Assembly: GCA_031253545.1 (NCBI GenBank)
Contig: JAIRWH010000009.1
Span: forward strand, 3,066 to 67,065
Source of the DNA: Oscillospiraceae bacterium
Lineage (GTDB): Bacteria > Bacillota > Clostridia > Oscillospirales > UBA929
Direction of reading: 5' to 3'
Length of the DNA stretch: 64,000 nucleotides
A program made the translations under genes and the position numbers. Of this stretch, positions 53,945 through 63,552 are shown piece after piece. The notes below the pieces were generated by a model. The model was not told the DNA's origin, ran no database searches, and saw nothing but the letters and a program-made list of their open reading frames with translations. The first letter of the stretch is position 1. Each line of letters begins with the position of its first letter.

Positions 53945-54703
53945 CTACAGTATACTGTTGAGGAATTGCCTCGCGCGGGGGTTCTGCGGACGGGAGAAAA
54001 GTTCGTCGGGCGCGCCTTCCTCGCCCACCGCGCCGTCGCACATAAACACCACCCTGTCCGCCGCCTCGCGGGCAAAGCCCATCTCGTGCGTCACCACAAT
54101 CATCGTCATGCCGCTGAGCGCGAGGCTTTTCATGACCGCCAATACCTCGCCCACAAGCTCCGGGTCCAACGCGCTGGTGGGCTCGTCGAAGAGCATCAGT
54201 TCGGGGTTCATCGCCAAAGCCCTCGCGATGGCCACACGCTGTTGCTGCCCGCCGGAGAGTTTGGAGGGGTATTCGTCATACTTATCCGAAAGCCCCACTT
54301 TGTCGAGCTGCTCCTCGGCTATGGCGCGCGCTTGCGCGGCGGGCAGTTTGCCCACATGCACGGGCGCGAGCATGACGTTTTCCGCGGCGGTCTTGTGGGG
54401 AAAGAGGTTGAAACGCTGGAAGACCATGCCCATTTTGAGCAACAGGGCGGAATGTTCTTTGTGGGGCAGTTTGTATTTGATATGGCCGTGGTGCCGCTCT
54501 TCCACAAGCACGTCGTCTATGTAGAGCCTGCCGCTCGTGATTGTCTCCAACTGGTTGAGCGCGCGCAGGTAAGTGGATTTGCCCGCGCCGCTCGGCCCGA
54601 TGATGGCAAGCACCTCGCCCTGCTCCACGGAGAGCGACACATCGCGGAGCACTTCCAAAGCGCCGAATGTTTTGCAGAGGTTTTCGGTTCTTACCACCGA
54701 CAT
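53945..54703 (-). CDS. Polar amino-acid ABC transporter ATP-binding protein (GlnQ-like)
   Basis: Walker [10 protein letters not shown], signature [15 protein letters not shown], Walker [12 protein letters not shown]. Confidence 0.95.
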   Translation of the reverse strand: MSVVRTENLCKTFGALEVLRDVSLSVEQGEVLAIIGPSGAGKSTYLRALNQLETITSGRLYIDDVLVEERHHGHIKYKLPHKEHSALLLKMGMVFQRFNLFPHKTAAENVMLAPVHVGKLPAAQARAIAEEQLDKVGLSDKYDEYPSKLSGGQQQRVAIARALAMNPELMLFDEPTSALDPELVGEVLAVMKSLALSGMTMIVVTHEMGFAREAADRVVFMCDGAVGEEGAPDELFSRPQNPRARQFLNSIL

Positions 54704-54716
54704 GAGGTTATCTCCT

Positions 54717-55379
54717 CTATTCGTACTCCGAGAGTTTCTTCTCCAAGCGGTTGAACACGGCGGTGAATATGCCGGTCATAACCAAGTATATGGCCATGGC
54801 GGGTATAAAGACCAACGCCGTGGCGTTGCTGGACTGAATCTTCCTCGTTTGGCTCGTTAGGTCCATAAGCCCTATGACAAAGACCACCGACGTGTCTTTC
54901 AAGACCATGACGAATTCGTTGCATATGGGCGGTATCATGCGCCTGTATGCCTGCGGTATGACAACGAGGCGCATGGCCTGCGCGTAAGTGAGCCCCAACG
55001 CCTTAGACGCTTCCATCTGCCCTTTGTCTATGCTGAGTATGGCGGCGCGGATAATTTCCGCGAGGTAGGCGGCGATGTTGAGCGTGAAAGCCAACAACGC
55101 CGCCAACAGTCTGCTTTGTATGGTGAGCGCGGGGGAGATTTGCGGCAGGGCGTAGTAGACGAAGAACAGCTGCATGAGCAACGGGGTGCCGCGAAAGAAG
55201 AACACATACGCGCCGCAGACCTTGCTGACAACGAGGTTTTTGGAGATTTTACCCAGCGCGAGGAACACGGACAGCAACAAGGCAAGGCTCACGGAAAGCA
55301 CGGTGAAGTACAGCGTGGTCCAAGCCGCCTGGAGCAACGCCGGCATCCACCCGATTATTCTGCTGAGCGCGTCAAGCAT
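54717..55379 (-). CDS. Polar amino-acid ABC transporter permease (HisM/GlnP-like)
   Basis: 220 aa, with the EAA-type loop [28 protein letters not shown]. Confidence 0.9.
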   Translation of the reverse strand: MLDALSRIIGWMPALLQAAWTTLYFTVLSVSLALLLSVFLALGKISKNLVVSKVCGAYVFFFRGTPLLMQLFFVYYALPQISPALTIQSRLLAALLAFTLNIAAYLAEIIRAAILSIDKGQMEASKALGLTYAQAMRLVVIPQAYRRMIPPICNEFVMVLKDTSVVFVIGLMDLTSQTRKIQSSNATALVFIPAMAIYLVMTGIFTAVFNRLEKKLSEYE

Positions 55380-55391
55380 GGTTTATGCGGT

Positions 55392-56213
55392 CTACTTCTT
55401 CTTTACCACAACGCACAGGGCGTTGGCCACATAAGGTTCTGTGAGCAGATACACCGCTTGCCGCGCGGGGGTGATGCTGACGGAGGAGATGATGCAGTCG
55501 TAATCGCCTCTTTCCACCCCGGCGAAGATGCCGTCCCAGGCGGTGTCTATGACTTCCGCCTTCAATCCGAGAAGCTCGGCGATAGCCTCGCCCACGTCAA
55601 TGTCGAAGCCCACCATGGTGGTGCCGTCGTCGGCATAATACTCCATGGGCGGGTAGCCCACGTCCGCGCCGATTGAGAGCACGCCCGGGGTGCGTAGCTC
55701 CGCCTCGGACACGGGGGGGATAACCGGCGCGGAGGTCACGGTGCGCAGGCTGGCCGTGGGGTCGTCGCCGAAGTGCTTGCGGGCGATGTCTCCCATCTTG
55801 CCGTTGTAATACAGCGTGTCTACGGCGGCCTCAATGGCGGCGAGCAGGTTATCGGAGCCTTTTTTCAGGCAGATGCCGAGCGGTTCGGCTTCATCGCTGA
55901 GCCACACGCGCGAGTATTCGCCGCTGCCGGTGGTGTAATAGGCCGCCACCACGCTGTCTACATATACGGCGTCCACACGCCCGGCGCGCAGGTCGTCGAA
56001 GCAGTTGATGACTTGCGGGTAGCGCGTGATGGTGATGTTTTTGCCCGCGTCTTTCATCTCGGTAATGCTCTCGTCCGCCGTGGTTTCGTCTTGGACGGCA
56101 ATCCTCGCGCCCTCAAAGTCGTCGGGGCTGTTTACGGTCTTGCCTTTGCCCGAGCAGCCCGCGGCGAGCGCGAGCAGGGCGAGCGACAATGCGATGGCGA
56201 TAGCGCGTTTCAT
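55392..56213 (-). CDS. Amino-acid ABC transporter substrate-binding lipoprotein (SBP_bac_3)
   Basis: The start MKRAIAIALSLALLALAAGCSG carries a lipobox (ATG 56213, SD AGGAGGAA). The track ORF start at 56282 is an extension. Confidence 0.9.
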   Translation of the reverse strand: MKRAIAIALSLALLALAAGCSGKGKTVNSPDDFEGARIAVQDETTADESITEMKDAGKNITITRYPQVINCFDDLRAGRVDAVYVDSVVAAYYTTGSGEYSRVWLSDEAEPLGICLKKGSDNLLAAIEAAVDTLYYNGKMGDIARKHFGDDPTASLRTVTSAPVIPPVSEAELRTPGVLSIGADVGYPPMEYYADDGTTMVGFDIDVGEAIAELLGLKAEVIDTAWDGIFAGVERGDYDCIISSVSITPARQAVYLLTEPYVANALCVVVKKK

Positions 56214-56253
56214 GAAAGTTCCTCCTAACCATTTTCTGAGAAGTATGAAAACG

Positions 56254-56282
56254 ATTATAAACCGAGAACACCCGCTTGTCAA
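56254..56282 (-). promoter_or_regulatory. Sigma70-like promoter for the amino-acid ABC/EamA operon
   Basis: On the minus strand: TTGACA, 17 nt, TATAAT. Confidence 0.55.
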
Positions 56283-56298
56283 GCGTAAATATTCGGCT

Positions 56299-56376
56299 GT
56301 GTGGTTGGTGGTTAGTGGACGGGGGCGCGAGGGGCGGCGCGTTAGTTGTCGGTTGTCGGTTGTCAGTTGTTAGTAG
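56299..56376. repeat. G/T-rich heptad repeats (GTYRGTT x5 and GGTTGGTGGTTAGTGG) flanking a 22-nt GC block
   Basis: 56341-56375 reads GTTAGTT GTCGGTT GTCGGTT GTCAGTT GTTAGTA. On the minus strand this places ACAAC at a 7-bp period. Read directly from the sequence. Confidence 0.8.
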
Positions 56377-56572
56377 ACGAAGAGGGCGATAGGTTGAGAG
56401 GAGCAAGGTGCGCAAGGCTTCCCGTACTCCGCTTCGGTCATCTGGTTTTCTCTTTTCGCGAAGAGACAATCAAGCGGCGCACATTGCTCGACGCTTCCTT
56501 ATGAACGAAACGTGGCGGGTGAGGTTTTTACCACACCCGCCGGTGTTTTCAAGCGGAGAATGTGAAAAATGT

Positions 56573-56601
56573 TTGACAATTCCAAAAATATACACTAAAA
56601 T
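56573..56601 (+). promoter_or_regulatory. Sigma70-like promoter for the SBP-domain hybrid kinase
   Basis: TTGACA, 17 nt, TAAAAT, followed by a purine/GC-rich leader of about 140 nt. Confidence 0.55.
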
Positions 56602-56744
56602 GGAAATGTTGAGCGAAACACGCCGGGGCGAAGGCTGCGGCGGCACTCCCCCGAACAGCCCCCGCCGGACGGGCATGACCGGCGGGGAAACAGGGGAAAC
56701 GGCGGCACAAGGCGGACGAAGAGAGACAACGAGGTGAACCCCCT

Positions 56745-59700
56745 ATGAAAGCGCCCCCCGTTACAACCCCCAAAGCCACACCCCGACGCGCAATGGGCGC
56801 CGCGCTTGCCGCCCTGCTCCTCATACCCGCCCTTTCCGGCTGTTGGGGCACCGCAAAGACGCAGTCCGGCGAATCAACCGAGTTTTCCTCTTACCGGGAC
56901 ATCCCCGGTGTGGCGGAACACGAGATTGCCGCCATCGAGAGCCTCCGCGGGCAAAGAGAGTCGTTTATTTATGGCATGACCTTGTCAACCGAGGCGTTTT
57001 ATGATGAAAGCGGCGAAATAGCGGGATACTCCGCCCTGCTCTGCCAATGGCTGACAGAACTGTTCGCGATTCCTTTTGAGCCGAGGCTCTTTGCGTGGGA
57101 TGACCTGATTCCGCAGCTTGAAAACGGCGGGATAGACTTTACGAGCGACCTGACAATTACCGAAGAAAGGTTGGAAAAGTACGGCATGACCGATGCCGTG
57201 TCGCAGCGAACCTTGCGGTATTTCACGCTTGCAGGCAGCCCGCCGCTGTCTGAGATTGCGAAAACACGCGGCCTTCGCTTCGTGATGATAGACATTTCCA
57301 ACACATACAACCTTGTTATGTCCGCGAACATATACGACGATTTCAGCGTCGCCTTCGTGAAGGACATAGAGCCGGCGTACAACCTTCTCACAAGCGGGGA
57401 AGCCGACGCTTTCATCGAGGAGAATATCTTTGAGGCGGCATTTGACGGATACGGCAACGTAGTATCCCGCGATTATTTCCCCATGCTCTACAACCCGATT
57501 GCCCTGACTGCAAGCGACCCGGAATTGACGCCGGTCATCTCGGTCGTGCAAAAGGCGCTGCAACACGGAGCCGCCCGCCACTTAGCGGAGCTGTATGCAA
57601 AAGGGGAGCAGGATTACCGGAGGCATAAGTTTTTTGTGAGCTTGGACGAAGAGGAGCGGGCGTATTTACGCGAGCGCCGGGTTGTCAACGTCTCGGCGGA
57701 GCATTACAACTACCCGATTAGTTTTTACAACAAATACGAAAAAGAATGGCAGGGCATTTTCTTCGATGTGGCGGAAGAAGTAACGAAGCTGACCGGCTTA
57801 ACGTTCAACGTCGTCAGTAACCGTTATATGGCATGGCCTGAGTTGCTCGCTTTGCTGGAGAGCGGCGAGGCGTCCATGCTCACCGAACTCATCCCGACGA
57901 AGGAGCGGCAAGGCCGCTTTCTGTGGCCCTACACCGCGACGATGGGGGACAGCTACGCGCTCCTGTCTAAGTTGGAAACCCCCGACATAGACGTCAAGGA
58001 TGTCCTCAACGTCAAGGTTGGCGTGCCGCGCGGCACGGCGTACGCCGAGATGTTTCGCGGTTGGTTCCCGGACCATCCGAACACGGTGGAATATGAAAGC
58101 GCGGACGACGCTTTCGACGCGCTGGAGCGCGGCGAGGTTGATATGGTCATATCGAGCCAGCGCCGGCTGCTCGCCATTACAAACTACCATGAGTATCCGG
58201 GCTATAAGGCCAACCTCTCGTTTGACCAAATCGCGGAATCATACTTTGGGTTCAACAAAGACGAGGCGGTGCTGTGCTCCGTTTTCGGCAAAGCGCTCCA
58301 CACGGTCAATATAGAAAGCATAGCGAACCAATGGGTGCGCAGAACGTATGACTACAAGGGCAAAATCGCGCAGGCGCAGCGCCCGTGGCTCATCGGCGCG
58401 TCTGTGCTGTTGCTGGGCATCCTTGCGCTCACGTTTATCTTGTTCCAAATGAATCGGCGGGAAGGGCGCCGCCTTGAAATCCTCGTGGGGGAGCGCACCG
58501 CGGATTTGGAGGCCGCGAATCTGGCAAAATCGCATTTCCTCGCCAACATGAGCCACGAGATTAGGACACCGATGAACGCCATAATCGGCATGACCGAGAT
58601 TTTGTCGCAGACATCAAGCCTCGGCAGGCGCGATATGGAATGTGTCAACGACATCAGCGTATCCGCCCACGCCCTCCTTTCGATTATTAACGATATATTG
58701 GATATAGCGAAGGTCGAATCGGGGAAAATGGAACTCAGCCCCGTGCATTATGACTTCCGCTCGTTGATTGACAACATCGTGTCAATGTTTACTTATCTGG
58801 CGCAAAAGAAAGGGTTGGAGTTCAGATTCGAGAGCGAAGGGGTTCTGCCCCGATACCAATACGGAGACGACATCAAACTGCGGCAGACGCTCACCAACAT
58901 CTGCGGTAACGCCGTAAAGTTTACGCGCAGGGGTTTCGTGAGCCTCAAGGTGATAACGTCCGAGGCGGAAAAAACGATTGTTTTTGAGATAAAAGACACG
59001 GGAATGGGCCTAAGGCGGGAAGACATCCCCGTCTTATTCACCGCCTTCGAGCAGGCCAAGACAGACAAAAACAGGTATATCGTGGGCACCGGGCTGGGGC
59101 TTGCCATCAGCAAATCGTTTGTTGAAATGATGGGCGGGCGCATATCCGTTGAAAGCGAATATGGGCACGGGAGCCTTTTCGCCATTACGGTCCCCATGGC
59201 GGAGGGAGACGCCGCGCTTGTCGCCCCCGGGAGCGACAAGCGCAAAGCCCAATCGCTGGTCGCTCCCCGCGCGAACATCTTGGTTGTTGACGACAACGAG
59301 TACAACCTAAAAGTGGCCCGCGGTCTGCTTGAGCTGTTTGAGATTGACGCGAAAACGGCCTCGTCGGGCAGGCAAGCCATTGACATGGTTTCCGCCGAAG
59401 ATTTCGACATCGTGTTTATGGACCACATGATGCCCGAAATGGATGGCCTTGAAGCCACGGCCGAAATAAGGAAACTTGGGGAAAAATACAGGGAACTCAA
59501 GATTATAGCCTTGACGGCCAACGCTGTGCGGGGCGCAAAAGAAATGTTTTTGGAAAACGGATTCGACGGCTTCCTTCCAAAGCCGATTGAGATGTCCTTG
59601 TTGACAGACACGCTCATTGACCGGCTTCCGCCCGAAAAAGTCACCCTAAAACTGCGGGCGGAGGATGCCGACCCCGAAAGCCCGGGCGCGGACGGCGACA

Positions 59701-60326
59701 AAGCCGGAGAGGATGTCGGGTTTTGGGCAATGCTCGGCGAGGTTGAAGATATTGACGCGGAAGTTGCTTTGCACCGTATCGGCGGCCTGAAAGAAATGTA
59801 TCGCGGCAATTTGAAGTTGTTTTATGAAAAACTTGCCGGAGATATTGAAAAAATGAACGCTTTTATTGAAAGCAACGACATCGGCGGTTTTTCCGTTTCC
59901 GTCCATGCCATGAAATCGGCGCTCGCGAGCGTCGGGGCGACGGGTCTGTCCGACGCGGCGTTGGCTCTGGAAACGGCGGCGAAAGGCGGCGACACCGAAT
60001 ACTGCGCCTCGCGCTTCCCCGGATTTACGCAAAGGCTTTTCTCCCTAAACGAGCGGCTGTCCGCCCTTTTCCCGCCCGAAGAGGCTCCGGCGCGGCGGGT
60101 GAAAGGCGATGTGGCGCGCTTGGCGGAAGCCGCGCGAAAGGCTCTCGCGGCCGTTGAGGATTTCGACTCCGACTCGGCGATTGACGCGTTGGGCGATGTG
60201 GCGGGCTGTGATTACGGCGAGGCGATAAACGGTTTGGTGGCTGACGCGATGTCGGCGCTGAAAAATTACGAATATGATGCCGCGGGGGATATATTACGCG
60301 CCATAGAGCCGGGAAAGGAACCGTGA
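56745..60326 (+). CDS. Hybrid sensor histidine kinase with lipoprotein signal, two periplasmic SBP_bac_3-like domains, TM, HisKA-HATPase-REC-HPt
   Basis: Lipobox LIPALSGC. Two type-2 PBP-like modules cover about residues 60-540. TM segment WLIGASVLLLGILALTFILF. H-box SHEIRTPMNAIIGMTE. REC: ILVVDDNEYNLKV...IVFMDHMMPEMDGLE...LTANA. HPt: VHAMKSALASVGA. Confidence 0.9.
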   Translation: MKAPPVTTPKATPRRAMGAALAALLLIPALSGCWGTAKTQSGESTEFSSYRDIPGVAEHEIAAIESLRGQRESFIYGMTLSTEAFYDESGEIAGYSALLCQWLTELFAIPFEPRLFAWDDLIPQLENGGIDFTSDLTITEERLEKYGMTDAVSQRTLRYFTLAGSPPLSEIAKTRGLRFVMIDISNTYNLVMSANIYDDFSVAFVKDIEPAYNLLTSGEADAFIEENIFEAAFDGYGNVVSRDYFPMLYNPIALTASDPELTPVISVVQKALQHGAARHLAELYAKGEQDYRRHKFFVSLDEEERAYLRERRVVNVSAEHYNYPISFYNKYEKEWQGIFFDVAEEVTKLTGLTFNVVSNRYMAWPELLALLESGEASMLTELIPTKERQGRFLWPYTATMGDSYALLSKLETPDIDVKDVLNVKVGVPRGTAYAEMFRGWFPDHPNTVEYESADDAFDALERGEVDMVISSQRRLLAITNYHEYPGYKANLSFDQIAESYFGFNKDEAVLCSVFGKALHTVNIESIANQWVRRTYDYKGKIAQAQRPWLIGASVLLLGILALTFILFQMNRREGRRLEILVGERTADLEAANLAKSHFLANMSHEIRTPMNAIIGMTEILSQTSSLGRRDMECVNDISVSAHALLSIINDILDIAKVESGKMELSPVHYDFRSLIDNIVSMFTYLAQKKGLEFRFESEGVLPRYQYGDDIKLRQTLTNICGNAVKFTRRGFVSLKVITSEAEKTIVFEIKDTGMGLRREDIPVLFTAFEQAKTDKNRYIVGTGLGLAISKSFVEMMGGRISVESEYGHGSLFAITVPMAEGDAALVAPGSDKRKAQSLVAPRANILVVDDNEYNLKVARGLLELFEIDAKTASSGRQAIDMVSAEDFDIVFMDHMMPEMDGLEATAEIRKLGEKYRELKIIALTANAVRGAKEMFLENGFDGFLPKPIEMSLLTDTLIDRLPPEKVTLKLRAEDADPESPGADGDKAGEDVGFWAMLGEVEDIDAEVALHRIGGLKEMYRGNLKLFYEKLAGDIEKMNAFIESNDIGGFSVSVHAMKSALASVGATGLSDAALALETAAKGGDTEYCASRFPGFTQRLFSLNERLSALFPPEEAPARRVKGDVARLAEAARKALAAVEDFDSDSAIDALGDVAGCDYGEAINGLVADAMSALKNYEYDAAGDILRAIEPGKEP

Positions 60327-60338
60327 TGAAAATACTGT

Positions 60339-60367
60339 TTGCCAACGGCGTGAAAATAGTATATAAT
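60339..60367 (+). promoter_or_regulatory. Sigma70-like promoter for MCP-3
   Basis: TTGCCA, 17 nt, TATAAT. Confidence 0.55.
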
Positions 60368-60423
60368 CCATTCTGACACACGGTCGGCTGTCCGCGCGAA
60401 GTTATCAACGGGAGGAAAGCGAA

Positions 60424-62166
60424 ATGAAAAACTGGAAGGTGAAGACAAAACTTCTCACGGGCTTTATCGTAATGGCCGTGCTTACCTGCGTTGTGGGCGT
60501 TACGGGCATCATCGCCACCAATACGTCCATCGGAGACAGCATCGCCCTGGCGGAGTATTCGGAAGTGCAGATTGCCATGGGTGAATTGCGCGAGATGAAG
60601 GCGAGCATCTACTCCGACCTGTATAAACTTTCGGTGGTGTGCGCCCAAGACAACCCCGCGCAATTAAACGCCACGCTCGCCTCGCTTGCCGCAAACACGA
60701 CCGGCATCACCAACGCGTTCGCGGACTATGCCAAAACAGCCTACGACGAAGTTACGGAAGCGAACTTTTACGCCGCAAAAAAGGCGTTTGAGGGCGACTT
60801 CGCGGCGTTTCTCGACAATGTGAGGAGCGTGGCGCAGGATACCCGCGACACCGCCCAAACCTACGCGGCCATTACGGCGGGCGCGAACGCGGCGGCCGAG
60901 TTTGACAAATACTTGCAGGCGACTATTGACGACAACATAAACTGGCTCAACGAAGACTACAAAAAAGCCATGTCCGACGCGAACGTGGCGCGGCTTGTGC
61001 CCGTGGGCGTCATAGCCGTTTCCGTGGCCGTGGCTTTGTTTTTGGCTTTCTACCTTTCCGCCCTCATCAGCCGCCCGCTTGTGCCGCTCACCGCTTTTAT
61101 GCAAAAGGCCGCCTCCACGGGCGACCTTACCATCGGCTCGCACGAAATGGCCGATATTGAGCGTTACGGCAAATCAAGGGACGAAATCGGGAAGACCATT
61201 GCCGCCAGCAACGAGTTCATCAAGCGTATCACCGCCGCGAGCGCCATTATACGCAGCATAGCGGACGGCGACCTTACGCACGACATAAACGTGCTCACGC
61301 AGAAAGACACCATGGGTCTGTCGCTGCACGAGCTTTTCCTTTTCCTAAACAGTATGTTCGCGGAAATCAACACCTCCACCTATCAAGTATCCACGGGTTC
61401 CAAGCAAATCGCCGACGGCGCGCAGTCGCTCGCGCAAGGCTCCACCACCCAGGCGGCGTCTGTGCAGGAACTTTCAAGCTCCATAGCGGATATTACGGAA
61501 AAGACCAAGACCAACGCCGCCATGGCGCAGAAAGCCGCGGACCTCGCCGTGTCCATTAAAGGCCACGCGGAGGGCGGCTCCCGCCAGATGAAGGAAATGA
61601 CGGAGGCCGTGAAGGAAATCAACGACGCGAGCGGCCAGATAGGCAAAGTCATAAAGGTCATAGACGATATCGCCTTCCAGACCAATATACTCGCGCTCAA
61701 CGCCGCCGTGGAGGCCGCGCGCGCCGGGCAGCAGGGCAAGGGCTTCGCCGTGGTGGCCGAGGAGGTGCGCAACCTTGCCGCCAAGAGCGCGGAAGCGGCG
61801 AAGAACACCGAAAGCATGATAAAGAACACCGTGGAGAAAGCCTCGCTCGGCGTGCGGATTGCCGGGGAGACCGCCGACAACTTCGCAAATATCGTATCGG
61901 GCATTAACGAAAGCGACGAAATCGTCAGCGAAATCGCCCGTTCGTCTAACGAGCAGTCGCGCAGCATTGAGCAAATCAACTCCGGCATAGACCAAGTGGC
62001 GAAGGTTATACAGCAAAACAGCGCCACCTCGCAGGAGAGCGCGGCCGCGTCGCAGGAAATGAGCTCTCAGGCCGCCCTGCTGCAAGAGCTCATCGCGCGT
62101 TTCAGGCTCAAGGGCGGCGAAGACAGCTTGCCCGCCGCAAGGAACCGCAATGCCCTTTCGCGCTGA
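60424..62166 (+). CDS. Methyl-accepting chemotaxis protein (MCP-3)
   Basis: TM segment [22 protein letters not shown], a helical sensor domain, HAMP, and the signalling hairpin [40 protein letters not shown]. Confidence 0.9.
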   Translation: MKNWKVKTKLLTGFIVMAVLTCVVGVTGIIATNTSIGDSIALAEYSEVQIAMGELREMKASIYSDLYKLSVVCAQDNPAQLNATLASLAANTTGITNAFADYAKTAYDEVTEANFYAAKKAFEGDFAAFLDNVRSVAQDTRDTAQTYAAITAGANAAAEFDKYLQATIDDNINWLNEDYKKAMSDANVARLVPVGVIAVSVAVALFLAFYLSALISRPLVPLTAFMQKAASTGDLTIGSHEMADIERYGKSRDEIGKTIAASNEFIKRITAASAIIRSIADGDLTHDINVLTQKDTMGLSLHELFLFLNSMFAEINTSTYQVSTGSKQIADGAQSLAQGSTTQAASVQELSSSIADITEKTKTNAAMAQKAADLAVSIKGHAEGGSRQMKEMTEAVKEINDASGQIGKVIKVIDDIAFQTNILALNAAVEAARAGQQGKGFAVVAEEVRNLAAKSAEAAKNTESMIKNTVEKASLGVRIAGETADNFANIVSGINESDEIVSEIARSSNEQSRSIEQINSGIDQVAKVIQQNSATSQESAAASQEMSSQAALLQELIARFRLKGGEDSLPAARNRNALSR

Positions 62167-62184
62167 CGCGGGGGGGAACAACGC

Positions 62185-62219
62185 AAAAAACCGGGTTTCG
62201 TTTCCGAGACCCGGTTTTG
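62185..62219. terminator. Bidirectional terminator between convergent MCP-3 and metY
   Basis: AAAAAA-ACCGGGTTTC-GTTTCC-GAGACCCGGT-TTTGC. The stem has one mismatch, with an A-run upstream and a T-run downstream. Confidence 0.65.
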
Positions 62220-62233
62220 CATGCGTGGAAAGC

Positions 62234-63517
62234 TCACACGGAAAAGGCTTGCTCCAGGTCGGCGATGATGTCGTCTATGTGCTCTATGCCCACGGAAAGC
62301 CGCACGGTGTTCGGGCGGATGTCTTGTTCGAGCAGCTCTTGCTCGGAAAGCTGCGAATGAGTGGTGCTCGCGGGGTGGATAACGAGCGATTTGGCGTCCG
62401 CCACATTGGCCAAGAGCGAAAACAGCTCCAATTTGTCTATGAACGCCCGCGCGCGCGCGGCGTCGCCCTTAATCTCAAAGGTGAAGATGGAGCCCGCGCC
62501 GCGCGGGAAGTATTTGTTATACAGCGCGTGGTCGGGGTGCGTTTTTAAGGCCGGGTGGTTCACCGCCTCCACCTGCGGGTGCTTTGAGAGGTATTCCACC
62601 ACGGCGAGCGCGTTTTGCACATGGCGCTCCACCCGCAGCGACAAGGTTTCCAACCCTTGCAGGAACAGGAACGCGTTAAACGGGCTGAGCGTGGCTCCGG
62701 TGTCTCTCATGGTGGTGACGCGCATTTTGATGATATAGGCGAGAGCGCCCGCCACGTCGGTAAGCACCGCGCCGTGATAACTCGGATTGGGCTTGGAGAG
62801 GCCGGGGTACTTGCCGCCCTTCGCCCAGTCGAACTTGCCGCCGTCTATTACCACGCCGCCGATGGCTGTGCCGTGGCCGCCGATGAACTTTGTGGCGGAG
62901 TGGATTACTATGTCCGCGCCGTGGTCAAACGGGCGAAAGAGATACGGCGTGGCGAAGGTGTTGTCCACAATGAGCGGTATGCCGCGGCTGTGCGCCACGG
63001 CGGCCACGGCATCCATATCCACCACGGTGGAGTTGGGGTTGCCCAAGGTCTCGATAAAGACCGCCCTCGTGTGCTCGTTGATTGCCTCTTCGAAGTTGGC
63101 GGCTTTGCCGCCGTCCACAAAGGTTGTGGTGATGCCGAACTCGGGCAGCGTGTGGGCGAGCAGGTTATACGAGCCGCCGTATATGCGCCTGTCGGACACG
63201 ATATTGTGGCCGGAAGCGGCAATGTTTTGTATGGAGTAGGCCAAGGCGGCCGCGCCGGAGGCTGTGGCGAGCGCGGCGGCGCCTCCCTCAAGGGCGGCGA
63301 TACGCTTCTCGAACACGTCGGTGGTGGGGTTCATGAGCCTTGTGTAGATATTGCCGCTCTCGCTGAGCGCGAACCTGCCCGCCGCTTGCGCGCAATCGCG
63401 GAAGACATAGGAGGTGGTGGAGTAGATGGGCACGGCGCGCGCGTCCGTGGCGCTGTCGGGGTTTTCCTGCCCCACATGGAGCTGGAGGGTCTCAAACTTG
63501 TAATCCTTGCTCGGCAT
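62234..63517 (-). CDS. metY: O-acetylhomoserine (thiol)-lyase / sulfhydrylase (PLP, Cys/Met metabolism family)
   Basis: The start is MPSKDYKFETLQLHVGQENPDSATDARAVPIYSTTSYVF, and the PLP lysine lies in HSATKFIGGHG. ATG 63517 follows AAGAGGTAA. The track ORF's 5' extension is Arg-rich junk. Confidence 0.9.
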   Translation of the reverse strand: MPSKDYKFETLQLHVGQENPDSATDARAVPIYSTTSYVFRDCAQAAGRFALSESGNIYTRLMNPTTDVFEKRIAALEGGAAALATASGAAALAYSIQNIAASGHNIVSDRRIYGGSYNLLAHTLPEFGITTTFVDGGKAANFEEAINEHTRAVFIETLGNPNSTVVDMDAVAAVAHSRGIPLIVDNTFATPYLFRPFDHGADIVIHSATKFIGGHGTAIGGVVIDGGKFDWAKGGKYPGLSKPNPSYHGAVLTDVAGALAYIIKMRVTTMRDTGATLSPFNAFLFLQGLETLSLRVERHVQNALAVVEYLSKHPQVEAVNHPALKTHPDHALYNKYFPRGAGSIFTFEIKGDAARARAFIDKLELFSLLANVADAKSLVIHPASTTHSQLSEQELLEQDIRPNTVRLSVGIEHIDDIIADLEQAFSV

Positions 63518-63552
63518 GGCTATTACCTCTTTCTTTTTTGTTATATTGCCTT

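Noticed and set aside
56283-56572. Possible T-box or other riboswitch leader for the amino-acid ABC operon
   Set aside because: I looked on both strands for the T-box consensus (GGGTGGTACCGCG), a specifier-loop/AGAGA/AGTA arrangement, and a terminator/antiterminator pair. I found only loose fragments: AGAGAAAACC, GGAGTA, TGGTGGTTAG. In addition, a strong TTGACA-17-TATAAT promoter lies downstream of most of the region (56254-56282), so it would not be in the leader. An Infernal/Rfam scan would settle this.
63518-63552. SAM (S-box) riboswitch upstream of metY
   Set aside because: Only 35 AT-rich nt separate metY from the mnmA stop, which is far too short for an S-box.
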